Shown: one piece after another, positions 33,899 to 41,248 of the stretch
Layout of the letters: every line of letters begins with the position of its first letter
Numbering within the stretch: the first letter of the stretch is position 1
Origin: an uncultured Phycisphaerales bacterium
Lineage (GTDB): Bacteria; Planctomycetota; Phycisphaerae; Tepidisphaerales; Tepidisphaeraceae
NCBI GenBank assembly: GCA_963844715.1
Contig: CAWJPJ010000006.1
Coordinates: 1,024,001-1,088,000 of the forward strand
Reading direction: 5' to 3'
DNA length: 64,000 nucleotides
Position numbers and translations under genes: made by a program
Notes under the pieces: model-generated
What the model was told of the DNA's origin: nothing
The model's database searches: none
What the model saw: the letters and a program-made list of their open reading frames with translations, nothing else

Positions 33899-34012
33899 CT
33901 GCTTTCACCGTAAGGCGACTTCCAGACGAGGCGATCTTTGCCGCAGTTGGGGGAGAGACCCATCACCCATCCCGCGGAATCTAGCAGAGGAACGGGGCGA
34001 CGGGAATAAGAG

Positions 34013-34686
34013 CTACACGTTCGCCGTCTGCGAACTTGCCGCCGCCTTGGCGGCTTCCCTGGCGGCGGTGGATTGCTCCCTGTTGCGGTCGTGCTCTTCC
34101 TTTAAGGGGACCAGGATCTCGATCACCTGGCTGAGGACGCGGATTTGGGAGAGGGTGGCCTCTACGCGGATGACTTTTTCGGGGGGATATTTGCTCAAAA
34201 TCGGGCGGGTTTCACGTTCGTACACTTCCAGCCGTTTGCGGATGACGGCGTCGCTAGCGTCGTCGAAACGGTTTTCCTTCAATGCCCGGCGGCGCAGGCG
34301 CTCGACCATTTTGGTTTTGTCGGCGCAGACGAGGTGAATCACTTTCAGGACATTGATCGTTTCGTCGAGGAGTTCGGCCTGCTGGATATTTCTGGGGATG
34401 CCGTCGAGAACGAGAATTTCGCTGTCGGGGTGGAACTGATTGATCATTTCCATCCCCTTGATGTACTGCTTCCACAGACGAATGGTCAGTTCGTCGGGGA
34501 CGAGCTGGCCTTTGCCGGCGTATTCCCAGAAGACGCGGCCCATTTCGCTTTGAAGATCGAGGGAGCGGAAGATTTCGCCGGTGGCGGAATGATAGAAGCC
34601 GGGGATGGAGCCGAGGATTTTTCCCTGGGTTCCCTTTCCGCTGCCCGGGTGCCGAAGAGAAGGATGGCTTTGTAACGCATGTCCAT
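34013..34686 (-). CDS. adk: Adenylate kinase / NMP kinase, frameshifted
   Basis: P-loop region 'ILLFG..GSGKGTQG' across the frameshift, 'GQLVPD', 'LDGIPR', 'RFDD', 'RLEVY'. Confidence 0.85.
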
Positions 34687-34715
34687 GGGGTATATCGGTA
34701 CGATTTTGAAGCGGC

Positions 34716-36347
34716 TCAATCGGACGCTTCGATGCCTAAATCTTTCACTTTTTTATTGAGCGTGTTGCGGTTGATTCCGAGAAAATCGGCGGCCTTGGTC
34801 TTGACCCCGCCGCATTTGGCCAGGGCGCGGTCGATGAGGGCGTGCTCGATTTGCTCGATCACCAGGGAGTATATCTCCCCTTCGCGCATTTCGTAATCGG
34901 CGATCGCCTGATCGGCGAGGCGGCGGGTGAGGGTTTCAATGGATTCGCTGGATTGGGCCTGGCGGCGCTGCTGGGCAAAAATGCGGACGCTCAGGGGGAG
35001 CAATTCCTCGTGGAAATCCTCATCCGTGCTGAGGACCACGGCGCGCTCGATGGTGTTTTCCAGTTCGCGGACGTTCCCGGGCCAGGGATAGCGGAGCAGG
35101 ACGTTGAGCATATCGCGGCTGATTCGCCGCAGCTTTCGCTCGTTTTGCGAATTGTATTTATCGAGGAAGAAGTCGATCAGGCGCGGGACGTCTTCGCGGC
35201 GATTGCGTAACGGAGGGAGATAGACGCTGACGACGTTGAGGCGGTAGAAAAGGTCCTCGCGGAAAGCGCCCTTGGCGACTTGTTCCTGGAGATCGACGTT
35301 GGTGGCGGCGATGACTCGGACGTCGACCTTGACGGTTTGCGTGTCGCCGACGCGCTCGAATTCGCGCTCCTGTAGAACGCGCAGAAGCTTGACCTGCAAC
35401 TGGGGCTCGAGGGTGCCGATTTCGTCGAGGAAAATCGTGCCGGCATCGGCGGCCTCGAAGCGGCCCTGTTTGTCGCGGATGGCGCCGGTGAAGGAGCCTT
35501 TGACGTGGCCGAAGAGTTCGCTTTCCAGAAGCGTGCCGCTGAGTGCGCCGCAGTTGACGCGGATGAAGCTTTTGTCCTTGCGGGGGGAGTTATAGTGAAT
35601 CGCCTTGGCGATCATTTCCTTTCCGGTGCCGGTTTCTCCCAAAAGTAAAACCGTCGCGCGGCTGTTGGCGACCTGGCCGACGGTAGCGAAGACTTCGTGC
35701 ATCGCGGGGGAGTCGCCGATGATGTTTTCGAAACGGTAGCGATCGCGCACCTGGGCGCGGAGCTGGGCGTTCTCCTCGAGGAGTTCTTCCTTCTGGCGCA
35801 TCATCATGCGGTTGATTTGAATGGCTTGCGCCAAAAAGGCGGAAATGATTTCCAGGAAAGTTTGATCGCCCTGCAGCGCTTCGGTCGTGGCCAGCGGTTT
35901 GTCGACGGAAAGGGCCCCGGCGGTGCGGCCTTCGATCTTAATGGGGATGCAGAGGAAGCTCATCGGGGTGCCGGAGTCGGGGGCGAGGCGGCCGGTTTTG
36001 TTGAGGAAATCGGGTTCCAAGCGGACGTCCTGAATAATCCGTGCCCGTCCGGTGGCGACTACGTTCCCGGTAATTCCTTCACCCAAGGCGTACTTGCCGC
36101 GTTCGATGTCTTCGGGGGGGATGCCGACTGCCGCCTCTGTGCGCAGTCGGCCGGAGGAATCATCGAGGAGGACGAGGGCGCCGCGCCGCATATCCAGCTT
36201 TTCTGAAATGATTTGCATCATCTTTCCGAACGCATCGCGGAGATCGAGCGTGGAGGAAAGAATGCGGCCGATCTCCATGAGAATGGCCAATTCCTGTTCA
36301 GAGGAAGCGCGGGGTGCTTGGGAATTAGGCGGCATGGACCCTTCCAT
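34716..36347 (-). CDS. GAF-domain sigma54-dependent activator (NifA-like architecture)
   Basis: GAF 'GEGITGNV', Walker A 'GETGTGKE', 'ESELFGH..GSFTGA', 'FLDEIG', 'WPGNVREL', Fis-type HTH. Confidence 0.92.
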   Translation of the reverse strand: MEGSMPPNSQAPRASSEQELAILMEIGRILSSTLDLRDAFGKMMQIISEKLDMRRGALVLLDDSSGRLRTEAAVGIPPEDIERGKYALGEGITGNVVATGRARIIQDVRLEPDFLNKTGRLAPDSGTPMSFLCIPIKIEGRTAGALSVDKPLATTEALQGDQTFLEIISAFLAQAIQINRMMMRQKEELLEENAQLRAQVRDRYRFENIIGDSPAMHEVFATVGQVANSRATVLLLGETGTGKEMIAKAIHYNSPRKDKSFIRVNCGALSGTLLESELFGHVKGSFTGAIRDKQGRFEAADAGTIFLDEIGTLEPQLQVKLLRVLQEREFERVGDTQTVKVDVRVIAATNVDLQEQVAKGAFREDLFYRLNVVSVYLPPLRNRREDVPRLIDFFLDKYNSQNERKLRRISRDMLNVLLRYPWPGNVRELENTIERAVVLSTDEDFHEELLPLSVRIFAQQRRQAQSSESIETLTRRLADQAIADYEMREGEIYSLVIEQIEHALIDRALAKCGGVKTKAADFLGINRNTLNKKVKDLGIEASD

Positions 36348-36509
36348 GTCTATAATGTACGCAGGAGGAGCGGCGAGGGCAAATTTGCACCCATAAATCG
36401 ATGAAAAGTCTTGAGTAATCGAGATTTGAGTCGCCGCGACGGACTGTCGATAGGGATATTAACGATTTTTCCGCCTGTTAGAAGCGCCGCGGCGGTCGAG
36501 AGCGTGCAT

Positions 36510-37647
36510 ATGTGGTCGTTTTGGCTGATGGCGGCGGGGTTCGGGGCGCTGGGGGCGGCAGGGGCACTCTTTTACCTATTTCGTCAGGTCCGGAGTCAGA
36601 ACGCCGTTCAGCAATCCCTCGCCGAACGCACGGCGACGGTGAATCGGCTTCTAGAGTTTTCCCAAACCATCCAGGGCGCCGGCAAGCCGGATCAAATCTT
36701 TGCGTCTCTTACCCATTACTTGAAATCAGAACTTGGGCTTTGGGGGCTGGTGATCCTGACCAACGAGGCGGATGCCGTGCCGGCGATCGAACTGCGCGGC
36801 GTGGCCCGAGAATTTGATTTCAACAGCGGCGCTGGCGGAGATGGAACCGGCGCTATGCCCGTGCCTGCGTCAGAATCTGCCGCGCGTTTTTAAGCCGGAT
36901 AATTCACCGGTGCGGTGCGGCGTGGATTCGTGTTTGCACTTGCCGACGACTCACGCGGCGTATTGCATTCCGTTCACGATTGGGACGAAGGTTCAGGCCG
37001 TCGCCCACATGGTTCTGCCGGTGCGCATGGAGTGGAACGAGCAGCGCCAGCAACTGGCGCAAACATACATCAACAGCGCACAGTCGGTGCTGACATCGCT
37101 AAACCTGCTGGCGGAGGCCGAAAAACAGTCGATGACGGATGCGCTGACGGGACTGTACAACCGCCGATCAATGGATCAACTGCTTCAGCGCGAAGTGGCG
37201 ATGGCGGAACGATATGGGCATCCGATGTCGCTGGTGATGATCGACCTGGATTACTTCAAGGAGATCAACGACGCGCACGGGCACGCAGCGGGCGATCACA
37301 TGCTTCGCGCGTTTGCGGATTGCGTGCGGATCACGCTGCGGAAGACGGATCTGGCGTTTCGGTATGGGGGAGATGAGTTCGTCATTGCGCTGCCGCAGAC
37401 GCCGCTGTTTCAAGCGCAGCAGGTTGTGCAGAAGCTCCGGCAGGCGTTTTTGTCGGTCGACTTCTCGCACGCCATCACGCATCTGGACAAGAATCCGACC
37501 CTGAGCATTGGGGTCGCCGAGCGGAGCAAGACGGGGAACATATTGACGCTGGCGAGCCTTCTGTCCGCGGCTGATCAAGCGCTTTATAACGCCAAAAACA
37601 GCAATCGGAATTGCGTCCGTGTCTTCGAGCCTCCACAGGCTGCATAA
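36510..37647 (+). CDS. Membrane-anchored diguanylate cyclase, frameshifted
   Basis: N-terminal TM, 'TDALTGLYNRR', 'DLDYFK.IND..GH..GD', I-site RKTD, 'YGGDEF'. Confidence 0.9.
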
Positions 37648-37820
37648 ACGGACCCGCCCAATATCACCTCAAATTGCACTGCAACTGCCGCTTGGCATTA
37701 ATCTTATCCGTCAAATTGAGGCGGATATTTTTGTGTTGCCCATGTAAATTGGTGTAGGATATAGGGCAAGCGTAACTCTTAAGTGGCGGCAGAAGTCCTG
37801 TGGAGACAGGGGGCTTTGCG

Positions 37821-38816
37821 ATGCAAATGGCAGTAGGGCAGGCAGTTTCAGATCGCCCGGTCATGGGCGCATTGCCGGAATTTGAATCGCGCTTCATCGT
37901 TCAATCGTCGGCGATGACCCGCGTTCAACAGGCGGCGAAGGCCGTGGCCACGCGCGCAAGCACCGTGATGCTTCTGGGGGAAACCGGCAGCGGCAAGGAG
38001 ATGCTGGCGCGGTTCGTTCACGAGAATTCCCCGCGGAAAAATCAGCCGTTTATTCCCGTCGACTGCTCGGCGTTGACCGAAACATTATTTGAAAGCCAGC
38101 TATTCGGGCACGTCAAAGGGGCATTCACCGGGGCTGTGCGCGATACCATGGGTTTCGTTCGCGCCGCCGACGGCGGGACGCTTTTTCTGGACGAAGTGGG
38201 CGAATTAACGCTGAATTTACAGGCAAAATTGCTGCGCGTGTTGCAGGAGCGCTGCGTCGTTCCGGTGGGCGGCACGCAGGCGTCTCCCGTTGACGTGCGC
38301 GTGGTCTGCGCCACGAATCGGGATTTGCAGGCGATGGTGGAACAAGAGACGTTTCGCCAGGATCTGTTTTTCCGAATCAACGTGGTGGTGCTGCGGGTTC
38401 CGCCGTTGCGCGAGCGCACGGAAGACATCGTGGCGTTGTCGGAATATTTCCTGGCGCGGCAGGCGGGGATGAGCCAGGAGCCGCGGAAATCTCTGCATCC
38501 CGACGCGGTGCAAAGCCTGATCAAATACAACTGGCCGGGGAACATCCGCGAGCTTTTCAATGTTTTGGAGCACGGGCACATCATGTCGCTGGGCCCGGTC
38601 GTTGAGTTAAGCGATTTGCCTCCCCCACTGAGCAATTCCGGGTTTGCGGGGCGCGTTCATGCGTCGGAGTTGAATCTCCAGCGGCTGGAGCGGAATGCGA
38701 TCATCGAAGCGTTGAAGCGCACGCGATTTAACCGCGCGGCGGCATGCCGTCTTTTGGGAATTGAGGCGCGTCGCTTGAATCGCCGAATTCTCGCCTTGCG
38801 CATCCCCCTGCCCTAG
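37821..38816 (+). CDS. sigma54-dependent activator (bEBP) without N-terminal sensor domain
   Basis: AAA+ domain begins after about 20 aa; 'GETGSGKE', intact GAFTGA, 'FLDEVG', 'WPGNIREL', C-terminal HTH. Confidence 0.92.
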   Translation: MQMAVGQAVSDRPVMGALPEFESRFIVQSSAMTRVQQAAKAVATRASTVMLLGETGSGKEMLARFVHENSPRKNQPFIPVDCSALTETLFESQLFGHVKGAFTGAVRDTMGFVRAADGGTLFLDEVGELTLNLQAKLLRVLQERCVVPVGGTQASPVDVRVVCATNRDLQAMVEQETFRQDLFFRINVVVLRVPPLRERTEDIVALSEYFLARQAGMSQEPRKSLHPDAVQSLIKYNWPGNIRELFNVLEHGHIMSLGPVVELSDLPPPLSNSGFAGRVHASELNLQRLERNAIIEALKRTRFNRAAACRLLGIEARRLNRRILALRIPLP

Positions 38817-38868
38817 CCCATCTTACTATTTCTCGCGTTTTCAATCAGGTTATAATACGAGGGCGCGG

Positions 38869-39070
38869 CCAAAATGGTATTTTTCCGCCATATCCATTTA
38901 TAATCAAACAAGTTACGCGATCATCATACCCCCCACCACCCACCATTATGGCCGGTCGCGGTGCTTTGTTTGAATTTGAATGCAAAGGGCAATGCCAGCC
39001 ATAACCGTATTTATTTAGGGCACTTAGCATCAGATCGACGGACCTAATTTTAGGCGGCACGCGGTTCGTT
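38869..39070 (+). promoter_or_regulatory. sigma54-like promoter region, copy 1 (enhancer palindrome, IHF-like tracts, -24/-12-like box)
   Basis: CCAAAATGG 38869; ACC-CA-CCA-TTA-TGG-CC-GGT 38938-38956; CGGCACGCGGTTCGTT 39055-39070 (-12 is GT rather than GC); spacing matches copy 2. Confidence 0.65.
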
Positions 39071-39401
39071 ATAGCTTCCCGCGTAAGGCAGCGCCCATGA
39101 GCTAGGGCCATAAGGCTCTGTCCCTGTTGGGTGCGGATGCTTGCTCGATGGTGAGCTGGCATCGGGTGCTGCGGTAAGTGGATGGGTCGATCGCCGTAGC
39201 AGTTTTGATCGAATCCCAATTTGTTGTTCAGCCGTGTTCAGGGAGTCCCCCGCTGCGCGAGCCGCATGCCTAGAGCAGTGGCTTCGTTGTGGGTGTTGTG
39301 TGTACCGCCGGGAATTGTGCGGGGTGAGGTCCCCGTGATTTTCGGCGGAATTCGGAGTGGTGAAATAAGACAAGTCCCCTAACGGGGCCGAGGAGAGAAT
39401 C

Positions 39402-40745
39402 ATGAGTATCGTGGAGTCAACGAAGTCGAAGACACCCCGTATTACGCGACTTGAAGCCGTTGCCGGCGGAGCAATCATTGCTGCCGCCGTTTTCGCGGCT
39501 GCTCCGAAGTTCGCGTCCGCTCAATCCATTCAAATGCAGGTTTCGGGCGGCACCACGACCGACCCCACGGCCGCTGGCGCACTGACTTGGTTCAATACCT
39601 CGAACTGGAATAATGCCGGTGTTACCGGGACCCTTCCGGAAAGCGACACGGGCTCGCTCACCGCGCAAAACATCGCACCGGATAACGCCACGATGCCATC
39701 GGTGGGCTTGGTGTTTGATCCGGTCAACGACCCCAACGCGGCAGGACTTGGCGGTAACGCATATGTGGCGAACTTGGACGAGATTTCCGGTTCGACCTAT
39801 ATCGCTTCGGTTGCAGGAACTTATGCCGCTCCGGCAAAGCTCACGATCGAAAGCGGCACCCTCATCGCCGGCACAGCCACGGTTGGGCGCGATAGTCAGG
39901 GAATCCTGGCTCTCAACGGCGGAGCGTTCCTCACCGTCGGCTCAATCAAAATCCAAGGCACAAACAAGGCCGTTACGGCTATTGGTACTGGGACCTTCGA
40001 ATATCACGGAGGAACATTAGATGCCGAACAGGGCATCCAGCTCGGCTCGGGCGCTTGCAGTACGGGTCTAACCAAGACTTCAGCCGGTGTCGGCTACTTC
40101 ACGGTCTACAACGATGGCCCCGCCGGCGCGATTCTCAGCCAGAACGGTTTCCAGATCGCCACCAACACCAACCAGGCGGGCACGATCGGAATTGTTGAAT
40201 TCCACTATGACATCAACACGGGTGGAATCGGCGGAACCCGCCCGATCCAAACCAACGTGGACCAGGGCAACGGCGAAACCGGTCAGGGCATCCTGCACAT
40301 CCAAAATAACACCAACAATTCGGCGCGATTGAACCTTGTTCTTGACGCGGCGCCGAGCGTCATCGGCGGCCTCGTGCAGAATCTGGGCCTGTTCGATGAC
40401 ACCGTCATCTCGGGCTCCGGCACGTATCCGAAGGCCTTCTATTCAGTGGATGGCACGACGGTATTCACGCAAGGCGCCACCATCACGGCGGCATACATGG
40501 GCACGTCGTATAGCTGGACGATCAGCTATAGCGGGCAGATCAACTTCACGAATACGGCCACGTCAGGCTACGACTCGTCGGGAATCGATGCGGTTGGCGG
40601 CAACGACGTGGTACTGATCGGATTGCCGTCGGGCGGCGCTCCGCCGATCCCGGAACCGACCAGCTTGGCGCTACTCGGTGGCGCGGGCGGGATGATTATG
40701 GCCCGTCGCAGAAACAGGAAAGAAAACCAGGCCCCCAAAGCGTAA
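39402..40745 (+). CDS. PEP-CTERM sorting domain surface protein
   Basis: RBS GAGGAG; signal peptide ending 'ASA-Q'; G/T/N/S-rich body; C-terminal 'IPEPTSLALLGGAGGMIMARRRNRK'. Confidence 0.93.
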   Translation: MSIVESTKSKTPRITRLEAVAGGAIIAAAVFAAAPKFASAQSIQMQVSGGTTTDPTAAGALTWFNTSNWNNAGVTGTLPESDTGSLTAQNIAPDNATMPSVGLVFDPVNDPNAAGLGGNAYVANLDEISGSTYIASVAGTYAAPAKLTIESGTLIAGTATVGRDSQGILALNGGAFLTVGSIKIQGTNKAVTAIGTGTFEYHGGTLDAEQGIQLGSGACSTGLTKTSAGVGYFTVYNDGPAGAILSQNGFQIATNTNQAGTIGIVEFHYDINTGGIGGTRPIQTNVDQGNGETGQGILHIQNNTNNSARLNLVLDAAPSVIGGLVQNLGLFDDTVISGSGTYPKAFYSVDGTTVFTQGATITAAYMGTSYSWTISYSGQINFTNTATSGYDSSGIDAVGGNDVVLIGLPSGGAPPIPEPTSLALLGGAGGMIMARRRNRKENQAPKA

Positions 40746-40764
40746 AGCGCTGGCAGGTCTGAGC

Positions 40765-40826
40765 TAAAACTCTCCGCTACACCCCCGGCTCCTACCCTAC
40801 AATGCCCCGGGGGTTTTTTATGCGCC
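40765..40826 (+). terminator. Intrinsic terminator / direct repeat copy 1 (62 bp)
   Basis: Stem ACCCCCGG/CCGGGGGT, 18-nt C-rich loop, T tract; identical to 41164-41226 except T-run length. Confidence 0.9.
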
Positions 40827-40867
40827 GAGTTCGCCCCAAGTTTGAAGGCGCTTATGGGACCGGGTTA

Positions 40868-41068
40868 CCAAAGTAGTATGCTATTCGTCTATCCATATTG
40901 ATAACAAGGACTTAAATATCAAAATCACATATGTCCACCTACCAAAATGGCGGGTCTGGGCACGAGGTGAAGAATATAGAACCAGCAGTCTGATTGTTAT
41001 AACAGATGATTTGATAGGAAGTTAAAGAATTAATTGCCGATAGAAACAGCCGCGGCACGCAGTTAGCT
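40868..41068 (+). promoter_or_regulatory. sigma54-like promoter region, copy 2
   Basis: CCAAAGTAG 40868; IHF-like TAACAAGGACTTA; ACC-TA-CCA-AAA-TGG-CG-GGT 40937-40955; CGGCACGCAGTTAGCT 41053-41068 (GG-N10-GC). Confidence 0.7.
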
Positions 41069-41078
41069 GTTCATCGGG

Positions 41079-41219
41079 TGACCTAGTGGCTGCGGTGTTC
41101 GAAAGGACCCGCAGATTTGAAGATGAAAGCCGTCGTTGCCGAGTAAGGTGGCCACCGGCAGTTTAAAACTCTCCGCTACACCCCCGGCTCCTACCCTACA
41201 ATGCCCCGGGGGTTTTTTT
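41079..41219 (+). ncRNA. Putative sigma54-dependent small RNA (~140 nt)
   Basis: Lies between a sigma54 box and a terminator; GAAA-tetraloop hairpin 41090-41114; only a 7-codon ORF inside. Confidence 0.55.
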
Positions 41220-41226
41220 ATGCGCC
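41164..41226 (+). terminator. Intrinsic terminator / direct repeat copy 2 (63 bp)
   Basis: TAAAACTCTCCGCTACACCCCCGGCTCCTACCCTACAATGCCCCGGGGG(T)nATGCGCC. Confidence 0.9.
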
Positions 41227-41248
41227 CGCCGAGAAGCAGCGCGAGGGT

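Noticed and set aside
34692..34719. sigma28-like TTGAG-N15-ACCGATAT directly before adk
   Set aside because: Overlaps the end of the upstream gene and lies 5 nt from the start codon; may be chance, so it is left out of the regulon call.
34716..36347. nifA / nitrogen fixation
   Set aside because: GAF-AAA-HTH architecture alone is not diagnostic, and no nif genes are present.
40765..41226. 62-bp direct repeats as a CRISPR array or att sites
   Set aside because: Only two copies about 400 bp apart, too long for CRISPR repeats, terminator-shaped, with no cas or integrase gene nearby.
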